In this document: one piece after another, positions 46,978-55,472 of the stretch
Numbering within the stretch: position 1 is the first letter of the stretch
How the letters are laid out: every line of letters begins with the position of its first letter
From: Patescibacteria group bacterium UBA924
GTDB lineage: Bacteria > Patescibacteriota > Microgenomatia > UBA1400 > PJMF01
Assembly (NCBI GenBank): GCA_002293725.1
Contig: DBDU01000023.1
Location: 2,700 to 66,699, forward strand
Direction: 5' to 3'
DNA length: 64,000 nt
Program-made: the position numbers and the translations under genes
Notes under the pieces: model-generated
What the model was told of the DNA's origin: nothing
The model's input: only the letters and a program-made list of their open reading frames with translations
Database searches by the model: none

Positions 46978-48963
46978 TTAACCGCCTACTAACTTTGCAT
47001 CGAACTTGATTCCCAGCAGCTTAACGATCTGTTTCCTAATCAAACTTACTTGTTTGTCATCAATCTGAACTTCTGGTTCTAGATATGAAATGCGGAAGCT
47101 ATAGTTCTGCTGATACTGACCTAAGAACTCCAGGTGATAGACGTTGATAAATTTATCCGAGATCGTGTTCATAACGTCACCAACTTTTGTTTGGACTGGC
47201 AAAGTAAGTGTCATGTCCTCAATCACGGGGCTAGTTTTTGGCAGTGGACGGTAGTGTGGATAGACTTGGCTCACTTCCATCAGTTTGGAAACTGTGAAGT
47301 CGATCGCGGTAACCTCACCAGGTAAAGCCACAATCTCACCAGTAGTAATCTCGCCGTGGTCTGGAGAGTTAGCCATGATCTGTGCCCGAGCATCTTCGTC
47401 TTGTTTGTACCGAACGTTCGTCACAAATAAGCTCCGTAAAAGAACTTCCAAATCTCCTTTAACCTGCTGAACACTCCGACGAGAAACCAAGCTAAGATGC
47501 AGAACTTCTAAGGGCAAACTTTTCTCTACCGGAGTGTAAGTATTTGCCAGTTCAAAAACGCTCAACTGTGAGTACTGGGGATTTTGGTCCAGTACTTCTT
47601 TCAAAGATGGAATCAGTGAGCGGCGTAAGTAGACGCGGTCGTCAGTCAGCGGATTTTGCAGTGTGAGGTGCTGCGCTAAAGTGTGGCCAGATTGTTTGGC
47701 AATCTCGGCACTAACCATAGAGTAGGTGTAAAGTTCTTGCCAACCAATAGCAGCCAAGAAGCGTTTGATGCGATCTTCCAGACGGAAGTTGATGTGCTTG
47801 GGTCGATCTAGAGGAATAGGTGTGGCCATCAACACACTGGGTAAGTTGTGGTAGCCATAAATTCTGGCAATCTCTTCGATCACATCAGCGGGAATAGTGA
47901 TGTCAGGGCGAAACGTTGGCGGCTGAATAGTGAACGTTCCTTTCTGCAAACTGACGCCACAGCCTAACTCTTCCAAGATTTGGGCGATTCGGTTAACGGG
48001 TAGCTCGATGCCTAGATAGTCCGTAATACGGTGTAAGCTAACTTGGACAGTGGGTTGAGCGCGTTTTCCTGGGAACTGATCAAATACTGGGCTAGCAACT
48101 GTAGCTCCACACAGCACGCGGAACAGCTTGGTTCCCTCTTCCAAGACAGGCAGCGAAAGATATGGGTCGACGTGTTTTTCGTTGAGTTGGGCTGCGACTG
48201 TCCGAATCGCATGACTCATTGAGCCAAAGCGAATCTTCTCAGCCACGACGTCTTCAATCCAGAACAACACATTCTTCGTACTTTCTTGAATAGCAGTGTT
48301 GGCCGTGCCTTTAATTCCAGGTAAGTCGATGATCTCACCTTGATCATTCTCAAAGACAAGCTCACCGCCTAAAGTAGTGTACTCGTTTCCATCTAAGGTA
48401 GTGAATGACTTCCCTGCTGTAGCTTCTTTGACAATAATACTGCCACCCAGTTCCATAATCTTGTCGTAGTCAAAGGCATGGCATGGATGTCCTAAATCGT
48501 GAGTAATATAGTTCGTAATATCAATTACAGCGTCGTGGACATTGATCTCCACTTGTCGTAAACGCTCAGCCATCCACTTGGGTGTGTCAGCCCGTTTGAC
48601 ATCGGCCAGGGCGACGCAGACGATTCTTTTACATAACTGAGGATTGTTGACGATCTGGGGCAGCGGTAACTTTTTGGCTGCTTTTTTAGCAGTGAAAGTA
48701 ATAGGTTCTGGTTTAAATGGTTTTAGCTTAGCGGTAATACCAAACTGGTTGAGAATGACAGCGGCTTCTCTGGCAATGCCACGCACTGACATCGAGTCTA
48801 CGCGATTGGTAGTAACTTCCATGTCATACACCGCGTCACCTTCTCGCTCATAGATGCGTTCTACAGAGGGGCCACAGAGTGAAAGATACTTTTGAATTTC
48901 AGTGGGTGTCGCTTTGGTTTCCAAGTGCTCTAGCAGCCACTTGTGGGGAATTAAGATATTCAT
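46978..48963 (-). CDS. pheT: Phenylalanine--tRNA ligase beta subunit (short form without OB/B2 domain)
   Basis: VTTNRVD, DITNY, HAFDYD (B3/4), PTFRPDI..DVIEEIARIYGY, NPL..LRRSLIPSL. Confidence 0.95.
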   Translation of the reverse strand: MNILIPHKWLLEHLETKATPTEIQKYLSLCGPSVERIYEREGDAVYDMEVTTNRVDSMSVRGIAREAAVILNQFGITAKLKPFKPEPITFTAKKAAKKLPLPQIVNNPQLCKRIVCVALADVKRADTPKWMAERLRQVEINVHDAVIDITNYITHDLGHPCHAFDYDKIMELGGSIIVKEATAGKSFTTLDGNEYTTLGGELVFENDQGEIIDLPGIKGTANTAIQESTKNVLFWIEDVVAEKIRFGSMSHAIRTVAAQLNEKHVDPYLSLPVLEEGTKLFRVLCGATVASPVFDQFPGKRAQPTVQVSLHRITDYLGIELPVNRIAQILEELGCGVSLQKGTFTIQPPTFRPDITIPADVIEEIARIYGYHNLPSVLMATPIPLDRPKHINFRLEDRIKRFLAAIGWQELYTYSMVSAEIAKQSGHTLAQHLTLQNPLTDDRVYLRRSLIPSLKEVLDQNPQYSQLSVFELANTYTPVEKSLPLEVLHLSLVSRRSVQQVKGDLEVLLRSLFVTNVRYKQDEDARAQIMANSPDHGEITTGEIVALPGEVTAIDFTVSKLMEVSQVYPHYRPLPKTSPVIEDMTLTLPVQTKVGDVMNTISDKFINVYHLEFLGQYQQNYSFRISYLEPEVQIDDKQVSLIRKQIVKLLGIKFDAKLVGG

Positions 48964-49484
48964 GACTCTCCTTGTTCGTCTTCGAATTGATCAAGATAAG
49001 TAGTTACTTCATAAAACTGGGCTTGGTCTTTAGCGGGGGCGTGTTCAGTGTGGTACTGTCGACCAGTCAGCAGCTCTCGCACGTGCTGGCGAGAAACGAG
49101 GGCCGAAGCATTTTCTTTACGAATCTTGCCTTTTACAAGCAAGATTCCCTGGTCTTCTAAGTCCTTCGCCATTAGTGCAAACATTTTCTTAGCCAAGTCT
49201 TTCCCTCGATAGGCTGGCTCAACCGTTTTATTTTCAACCGTTGCTACAGGTGGGTTCTGCGAGCGGTCAACTGAGTAATCTAGCGTAGCAACTTCTTTTC
49301 CTTTGTGGTCTTTGAGGAAGAGAAAGTACTTGGCAATTCCTGCCACCTCAGTTATTTTTTCGAGGCCAACTAATAGCTCTTCTGGCCCTGCTAGTGTCTC
49401 GATCGTCACAGTATGCTGATTGTCTCGCAGCTGTTCGACTATCTGCCGAGAGTGTTGAGCATACTCAGTGCTTTGTTCTGGCAT
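48960..49484 (-). CDS. GNAT-family acetyltransferase
   Basis: VEPAYRGKDLA acetyl-CoA motif, NASAL; ATG 49484 just after the pheS stop; stop overlaps pheT start. Confidence 0.7.
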   Translation of the reverse strand: MPEQSTEYAQHSRQIVEQLRDNQHTVTIETLAGPEELLVGLEKITEVAGIAKYFLFLKDHKGKEVATLDYSVDRSQNPPVATVENKTVEPAYRGKDLAKKMFALMAKDLEDQGILLVKGKIRKENASALVSRQHVRELLTGRQYHTEHAPAKDQAQFYEVTTYLDQFEDEQGES

Positions 49485-49485
49485 A

Positions 49486-51375
49486 TTAGAACTGCTCCAA
49501 GAATCGCATCTCACCGCTGTAGAACAAACGGATGTCGTCAATATTTAAGCCAGGTTTCAAGGTATAGGTTCGTTCTACTCCCCAGCCAAAGGCAAAGCCG
49601 GTGTACTCTTCCGGATCGATCCCGCCTGCCTTCAACACATTTGGATGAACCATCCCTGCGCCGCCGACCTCATGCCAGCCGGACTTACAGAACTTACACT
49701 TGGTTTTTTGAACCTCGCCTTTACCATCTTTCTGCTCTACTTCTCCGGTGCCGTGACAAATGTGGCAGCTGAAGTCCACTTCAAAAGACGGCTCGGTAAA
49801 CTGAAAGTGAAATGGCCGAATACGACTCTTGGTGCCTGGTCCATAGAACTCTTGCGCGAAGTAGTCCAAGGTACCTTTCAAGTGTTGAATGGTAATACCT
49901 TTATCTACCACCAAGCCTTCGAACTGATGGAACATTTGGGTATGTGTGGCATCTTGCTGACGACGATAACATCGGGCAATGTTGATCATTCGAATTGGTG
50001 GAGTTGAGTTTAGTCGCTCCATCTCACGGACCTGACCATTCGAGGTATGGGTTGTTAACACTACTTTGCCAAACTTTTGATCAATGGGTGCTTCAATGAA
50101 GAAAGTCTCCCACTCGTCACGAGCTGGATGATCAGGGGGCATGTTTAAGGCTTCGAAAACATAGTGGTCCCAGTCCACTTCTGGATAACGAACGCGGGTA
50201 AAACCAATTCGTTCAAAAATTCGGGTCACTTCTTCCATCGCTTGAGAAACTGGGTGCATGTGCCCCAACTTGGGTGGCTGACCAGGAGCGGTTAAGTCTG
50301 TCCAAGGAACAGTGGTATTTTGGCTGTCTTTCAACTTTTGAATGTGCTGTTCGAGGGCAGTTTTTAGCTCATTCAAAATTTGACCAGCCTCTTTGCGGTC
50401 TTCTGGTGACACGTTGCGAATCTCTTTGGCAAGTTCGTTAAACTTTCCTTTTTTGCCTAAGTACTTTGTGGTTAACTCTTCAACTGGTGATTGATCAAGC
50501 GACAGCTCCGCACGGATGTCGGTGGACTGACGACGCAAGGCTGTTAGTGAGATAAACAGTGGTGCTTTCTGACCGTCAGCCACACTCACTTTATTTCCTT
50601 TTGATTTCTTAGTACTCTCGGGGTTTTCGACGGTGTAGTACACCAGTGAGTTTTCCCCATCTTGTTGAATGTCAGACACTTGCACAGGCCAAGCTTCGTT
50701 GGTTTGGCGCAAGTGGGTGCCACCATCTGGCATGGGCGGAAATTTGCCAATCTGCAGTAAGCGAAGTGGTTTATTTGATGGAAGGTCAAACGGGAGCTTA
50801 ACTCCTCGTTTAATCATTTCATCTTTGGTAACCATCTCCGTAGTGGTTGAGACATTCTGAGCAATGATCTTCTCCACCTCTTGCTGAATCTGTTGTTTTT
50901 GATCGGCTGAAATCTTTGTTGTGAAGGTGATACTGAGTTTTTTGCCAATGCCGTGATTGCCGTCGATGCTGGTAGCATCCTTAACAGTGTTCTTGACTGC
51001 TTGATCAACAATGTGACCCAGAGTATGCCACTGCATGTGTTGATAGCGTCTATTCCAGTCGAGATTTAAGGTAACAGTATCTCCAGCTTTTAAGTTACCT
51101 CGAAGCGTACCCTTGTGCAGGACTGACCCACCGTTGTAAGAAACATGTGTAACCTCGAACGTCCCGTTGGGACCTTCGACTGTTCCTTGATCAGCTGGTT
51201 GACCTCCACCTTGAGGATAAAAAAGAGTTTGATCAAGAATTAGACTAGCCGAGTGAGAGCCATCTGGTCTAACTTTGTTGTCTAGAATAACTTCCACGAT
51301 ATTGGCAGTGGTTTGCTGAAGATACGCGTCTTCTAAATAAAGGAGATTAGTCTGGGTAGTGTGCTTTTCTGTCAT
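49486..51375 (-). CDS. pheS: AlaX-type editing domain fused to phenylalanine--tRNA ligase alpha subunit
   Basis: N-half LYLEDAYL, FYPQGGGQPAD, HTLGH, PDGGTH; C-half GHMHP, HPARD, HTSNGQ, FHQFEG, FQFTEPS, GFAFGWGVER. Confidence 0.93.
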   Translation of the reverse strand: MTEKHTTQTNLLYLEDAYLQQTTANIVEVILDNKVRPDGSHSASLILDQTLFYPQGGGQPADQGTVEGPNGTFEVTHVSYNGGSVLHKGTLRGNLKAGDTVTLNLDWNRRYQHMQWHTLGHIVDQAVKNTVKDATSIDGNHGIGKKLSITFTTKISADQKQQIQQEVEKIIAQNVSTTTEMVTKDEMIKRGVKLPFDLPSNKPLRLLQIGKFPPMPDGGTHLRQTNEAWPVQVSDIQQDGENSLVYYTVENPESTKKSKGNKVSVADGQKAPLFISLTALRRQSTDIRAELSLDQSPVEELTTKYLGKKGKFNELAKEIRNVSPEDRKEAGQILNELKTALEQHIQKLKDSQNTTVPWTDLTAPGQPPKLGHMHPVSQAMEEVTRIFERIGFTRVRYPEVDWDHYVFEALNMPPDHPARDEWETFFIEAPIDQKFGKVVLTTHTSNGQVREMERLNSTPPIRMINIARCYRRQQDATHTQMFHQFEGLVVDKGITIQHLKGTLDYFAQEFYGPGTKSRIRPFHFQFTEPSFEVDFSCHICHGTGEVEQKDGKGEVQKTKCKFCKSGWHEVGGAGMVHPNVLKAGGIDPEEYTGFAFGWGVERTYTLKPGLNIDDIRLFYSGEMRFLEQF

Positions 51376-51426
51376 ACGATTCCTTGATTATAGTGTCTTC
51401 TCTTGTTTTCCGCTCTTGTTTTCAAT

Positions 51427-51452
51427 AAAAAACCCCGCTGGTGGCGGGGTTT
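51427..51452 (-). terminator. Intrinsic terminator after infC-rpmI-rplT
   Basis: AACCCCGC-CACCA-GCGGGGTT-TTTT on the minus strand. Confidence 0.8.
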
Positions 51453-51485
51453 CTGATTTCTGTTTGAGTGTTGACGTGCCTCGAA

Positions 51486-51836
51486 TTAACCCCGCACTTT
51501 TTCGACGATGGTTTTAAACGAAGCAAAGTCAGTGGCAGCAATATCAGCCAAGATCTTGCGATCTAAGGAAATGTTGGCTTTCTTCATCATGTTGATGAAG
51601 CGTGAGTAGTTGATGTCACCAATAGTTTTTAAAGCAGCTGAGATACGTAAGATCCATAGTGAGCGCATATCGCGTTTACGGAGCTTACGACCAACGTAGG
51701 CGTATTGACCTGCGTGCAGATCGGCTTCTTTAGCACGTTTGTAGAGACGGGTGTTTGCACCACGGAAGCTCTTGGTACGAGCGAGAAGTTTTTTGTGACG
51801 GCGATGTCGAATGACACCAGTTTTTGCTCTTGGCAT
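51486..51836 (-). CDS. rplT: 50S ribosomal protein L20
   Basis: RRHKK, YAYVGRKLRKRDMRSLWILRI, LDRKILAD. Confidence 0.97.
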   Translation of the reverse strand: MPRAKTGVIRHRRHKKLLARTKSFRGANTRLYKRAKEADLHAGQYAYVGRKLRKRDMRSLWILRISAALKTIGDINYSRFINMMKKANISLDRKILADIAATDFASFKTIVEKVRG

Positions 51837-51846
51837 GTGATCCTTC

Positions 51847-52050
51847 TTATCTCAAACCAAGCATGTGCTTGATTCGGCGTGCCCACTTCCCGGTCACCTC
51901 GATAGGTTTACGGCTGTGGCGGATGGCTTTTTTACTTTTCTTGCGACGTAAGTGACGCATGTTCTGGGCTCGACGCAGGACTTTGCCTGTGGCGGTGACT
52001 TTAAAGCGCTTAACAGCACCTTTGCGTGTTTTTTGTTTGTACTTCTGCAT
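51847..52050 (-). CDS. rpmI: 50S ribosomal protein L35
   Basis: KQKTRKGAVKRFKVTATGK; infC-rpmI-rplT order. Confidence 0.96.
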   Translation of the reverse strand: MQKYKQKTRKGAVKRFKVTATGKVLRRAQNMRHLRRKKSKKAIRHSRKPIEVTGKWARRIKHMLGLR

Positions 52051-52060
52051 ACTGCCTCAC

Positions 52061-52609
52061 TTATTTTTTCTTGATTGGCATCAGCTGAGCCATCATTTTC
52101 TTGCCCAGCATTTTTGGTTGAATCTCAACGGTGGCAATCTCAGCAGTCTCGGCGAAAACACGATCAAAGTGCTCTCGGCCAAACTCCTGCTTGGTAATCG
52201 CCCGACCTTTGAACTCAAGGGTTAAGCGAACTTTGTCACCTTTTTTTAAGAACTCAACAATTCTTTTTAATCGAGTTTGGAAGTCTCCTTCACCAATAAA
52301 TGGCGTGAAACGGATTTCCTTGATATCTTGCTGCTTTGATTTCTTGCGGCCTTCAGCTATTTTCTGCTGAAGTTGATATCGGTACTTGGCTAAATCAATA
52401 ATCTTAGCGATCGGTGGCTTTGCCCCTTCGGTCACTAAAACTAAGTCCTTGCCTTCGTTACGTGCACGTTCCATGGCTTCTTGAGTGGACATGACTCCAA
52501 TCATCTCGCCGATATCGGTGAGGACTCGCAACTCGGGGACGCGAATGTTGAAGTTCGCTGTGACTCTAAATTGCTGTTGAGGCCGTTGAAACGGTTTTTT
52601 TCTGATCAT
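52061..52609 (-). CDS. infC: Translation initiation factor IF-3
   Basis: NFNIRVPELRV, DLVLV..PPIAKIID, KEIRF; start uncertain (ATG 52609 used). Confidence 0.95.
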   Translation of the reverse strand: MIRKKPFQRPQQQFRVTANFNIRVPELRVLTDIGEMIGVMSTQEAMERARNEGKDLVLVTEGAKPPIAKIIDLAKYRYQLQQKIAEGRKKSKQQDIKEIRFTPFIGEGDFQTRLKRIVEFLKKGDKVRLTLEFKGRAITKQEFGREHFDRVFAETAEIATVEIQPKMLGKKMMAQLMPIKKK

Positions 52610-52762
52610 GAGATCGGTCTGTTCTCTTCTCCCTGTCAATTACAAACGTAACGACCTTGTATTATGCCATAAGATTCTCGAGGATGCTAGAGGAGGATAG
52701 GAAAGTGTGGAGAGGGGTAATAGTGAGTTGAAGGGAGAAGAAACTTGCTATACCATTTTGAG

Positions 52763-53173
52763 ATGGCAAGATTTCTCAGATCTGGTTTTACCCTGATTGA
52801 GCTAATGGTGGTGGTGGCGATAATTGGAGTTTTAATGGCTGCTGGCATTATTGCATTCTCTAATGCTCAAGTTACCGCTCGAGACGCCAAACGTAAAGCT
52901 GATATTGATGCTATTTCCAAAGCTTTTGAACAGTACTATGCCGATCACAATGGACTTTATCCCCCAACAACGGGATCGTTTGTGAGTTACTTTCCCACAA
53001 ATACTCGCCCAAGAGACCCCAGATTTGGGATCGAGTACTCATACGTGATTGTAAGTCCAACCGATTACTGTATCTGTGCAACTCTTGAGAGAGTTACGGC
53101 CGGTAACTACACTACGAATGCGTGTACATCTCCTGGGTCTGGGAGATTTTTTTGTGCCTCAAAAAGACAGTAA
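52763..53173 (+). CDS. Orphan type IV pilin, third paralogue of the 18.3-19.2 kb pilins
   Basis: G|FTLIELMVVVAIIGVLMAAG..ARDAKRKADIDAISKA..YCICATLE..FCASKRQ. Confidence 0.9.
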   Translation: MARFLRSGFTLIELMVVVAIIGVLMAAGIIAFSNAQVTARDAKRKADIDAISKAFEQYYADHNGLYPPTTGSFVSYFPTNTRPRDPRFGIEYSYVIVSPTDYCICATLERVTAGNYTTNACTSPGSGRFFCASKRQ

Positions 53174-53262
53174 ATCTTTCAGCTTCGCTTGCTCTGCGCT
53201 CTCTCTTTTTGCTACACTGTTTCCAGACGGCGATCAAAGCCTCATCTACGAAGGAAAAGTAT

Positions 53263-53535
53263 ATGCCTGCCAAAGCCAAAAGACCCGTTAAAAAACCTGC
53301 GGTCAAAGCTAGTTCTCGCCGAGTTCCGGCTCGTCCAGCAGTGATTGCTCGTCGACCTGTCGCTAAGGAAGGCTTCTGGACTAAACAGCACTTCATGCGA
53401 GAACAGAATGAGTTCTTTTCTGCTCACCCCAACTCAAAGATTCTACTAGCACTCTTTACTGGTGTGCTGGCTTTCTATCTCTTCATTGTCTGGTCCAATC
53501 GCATGGAGCTCTTCCCTCAGATTTATAAGTGGTAA
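53263..53535 (+). CDS. Small basic membrane protein
   Basis: AAGGA upstream of ATG 53263; Lys/Arg-rich N-terminus, one C-terminal TM. Confidence 0.6.
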   Translation: MPAKAKRPVKKPAVKASSRRVPARPAVIARRPVAKEGFWTKQHFMREQNEFFSAHPNSKILLALFTGVLAFYLFIVWSNRMELFPQIYKW

Positions 53536-53547
53536 GCACTAGTCTTG

Positions 53548-54411
53548 CTAGAGAATAATGCTATCTTCTTCGGGAGTGTTGTCGTAATTAATGACAAAGA
53601 CGTCAGTGTTGTAGCTGTTCACTCCGACGAACTCAGCTTCACCACGTTGGACTTTTAAGAAAGGCTCACAGGCTCTGCAGCTCTCTCCACCTGGACACTT
53701 GTAGCGGTTAAGTTTACGAGCCAGCTTCACTTGTTTGGCTAGTTCTAACACCCGTTGGTGAGACGTTGCTAAATCTGGCAGCTCCTTCTCAGTTAAGTTA
53801 TCATCGTACTGTAAGTACCAGTAACAGGCATGCGCGACTTTGCGTTTTTGACAGTTGGCCACTAGTAAGCAGTAGATTGGCAGCTGCAACGAGTCCTCTT
53901 TCTCTTCGTTTTTCCCCGTTTTAAAGTCAATAATGTTGACCATGTTGGTGTCTGGGAGGTACTCTAGCCAGTCAACCTTGCCGCACAGAATAATCTGATC
54001 CTCGGGACTTAGCCAATAATGAGGTAAGTCCATGTTGATTTTGACGGCTAAGTTCCTTAACGGGCCAGGGTGTTGCTCAACTCGGCGGATCATCTCCTCA
54101 GCGCGTTGGCGATATCGCAGCTCTTGTTCAGGACTGGAAAAGCCACCTTTTTTACCACTGACTTTTTCCCATGCCGTAGAGAGTTTCATTAAGAGGGGCT
54201 CGCGAAAACGCTGCTCGGTTTGGAGCGTCGAAAGTGACTCCACCACATCGTGAACCGCTTGGCCCAAGGCCAAGGCAGGGCTCATGACCGTCATCTTATG
54301 ACCTGTTTCTGGTCTTTTATAGACATTTTTCAAGTAGTAGAGCTGTGGACAAGTAACAAAGTCTGAAAGTGACGAGTGGGAAACCCAAACAGCCGAGTAT
54401 TTATCGCTCAT
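53548..54411 (-). CDS. PD-(D/E)XK nuclease (AddB/RecB C-terminal-like)
   Basis: SHSSL..TCP, GKVDW..IIDFKTG, QLPIY, C..CRAC; likely start ATG 54411. Confidence 0.85.
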   Translation of the reverse strand: MSDKYSAVWVSHSSLSDFVTCPQLYYLKNVYKRPETGHKMTVMSPALALGQAVHDVVESLSTLQTEQRFREPLLMKLSTAWEKVSGKKGGFSSPEQELRYRQRAEEMIRRVEQHPGPLRNLAVKINMDLPHYWLSPEDQIILCGKVDWLEYLPDTNMVNIIDFKTGKNEEKEDSLQLPIYCLLVANCQKRKVAHACYWYLQYDDNLTEKELPDLATSHQRVLELAKQVKLARKLNRYKCPGGESCRACEPFLKVQRGEAEFVGVNSYNTDVFVINYDNTPEEDSIIL

Positions 54412-54418
54412 AGTTCCT

Positions 54419-55471
54419 TTATCTAGTACTACCGCCGCGTTGTCGAATATAAAGTGGATCAAAAATGATGGCTTGTTCTTGAATCGTTCTCATGAGTAGC
54501 TCGAGCTTACTTTGATCATCCCCACTGGCAGTTATGATCTGTCGACAACGCAGACATGCTTCGGTCGGCATCATCCAGTTACAGTATCGGTCTAGCGGAT
54601 TTTCGTCAAGTGGATGGACGTCAATAAACACATCTAACAAGGTCAGGCCTCGTTCTTCATAGCGCTCATAATGGGTATAGCCACTTCTGAACTTCCAACG
54701 ATAGCTAGGGTCAAGGAATGAGCGGAAACCATACTGATCTAGGATTCCCGACATCACTTTTGAAAGTGCGGCACGAACCTTATAGCTGTACTCATTCATT
54801 AGCGGAATTAATGCTTCGGCAAGTTGCCTATCTTTAGCTAGCATCTCAAACCAAAAACGATCAAGCTCGATTCCTTCTAAATAAGGTAAGAAAACGGCTT
54901 GTTCTGTTCCCCCCAAGGGTTCGAGGGTATTAACACACGCCAACCCGGTAGTGGCTGCGACTTCAGGACTAAGGTGCTCGGTGGCGATGTGCAGTTGATC
55001 AAGAAGGGCGGCCATTTCCCAGCCGCGTAGTGCGCCCTTTTTCAGAAATAATTTTTCGACCGCTTGGATGTTTGCTTGGGTAGATGTTGAACTTTCTCCC
55101 CTTTTTCTTTCCCTTAAGATTTCCCACCAGCTTTTTTTTTGAAAGGGAGCGTCATCAACAATTGAGACTCTTCCGTCCTCATTTTGCACAGCCGAGAGTC
55201 GTTGCCCGTTCAGCTGTCGCTCAACTGCGCCTTGCAGTACCCGTCGTTTTGTCTCTCGGTCGACTGCACGCAAGAACTCTTGGCCAGCAGTGGTGAGCAC
55301 TGCCATCTTCGGGGCTTTGTGAAAGAGAGCTGAGTGAGTTTCAGGTTCGGTAGCCTGTGAGGCCCAAATGCGGCCAGCTTGATCTCGATCAATAGCCCAA
55401 GGCCTGGGGGCATGTTCAGTATGCCTCCCAGGCTTCTTGGACGACTCATGTTCAACTGTAACCATAGGCAA
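54419..55471 (-). CDS. Hypothetical protein
   Basis: 350-aa ORF packed between thrS and the nuclease; no recognisable motif. Confidence 0.65.
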   Translation of the reverse strand: MPMVTVEHESSKKPGRHTEHAPRPWAIDRDQAGRIWASQATEPETHSALFHKAPKMAVLTTAGQEFLRAVDRETKRRVLQGAVERQLNGQRLSAVQNEDGRVSIVDDAPFQKKSWWEILRERKRGESSTSTQANIQAVEKLFLKKGALRGWEMAALLDQLHIATEHLSPEVAATTGLACVNTLEPLGGTEQAVFLPYLEGIELDRFWFEMLAKDRQLAEALIPLMNEYSYKVRAALSKVMSGILDQYGFRSFLDPSYRWKFRSGYTHYERYEERGLTLLDVFIDVHPLDENPLDRYCNWMMPTEACLRCRQIITASGDDQSKLELLMRTIQEQAIIFDPLYIRQRGGSTR

Positions 55472-55472
55472 G

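Noticed and set aside
51376-51485. A pheM-like Phe-rich attenuator upstream of pheS
   Set aside because: No Phe-codon sORF is present. The hairpin is the rplT terminator, and a TATAAT 11 nt before the pheS ATG lies downstream of it.
53548-54411. Cas4 / CRISPR system
   Set aside because: No repeat-spacer array or other cas genes in the window; a solo PD-(D/E)XK nuclease is the simpler call.
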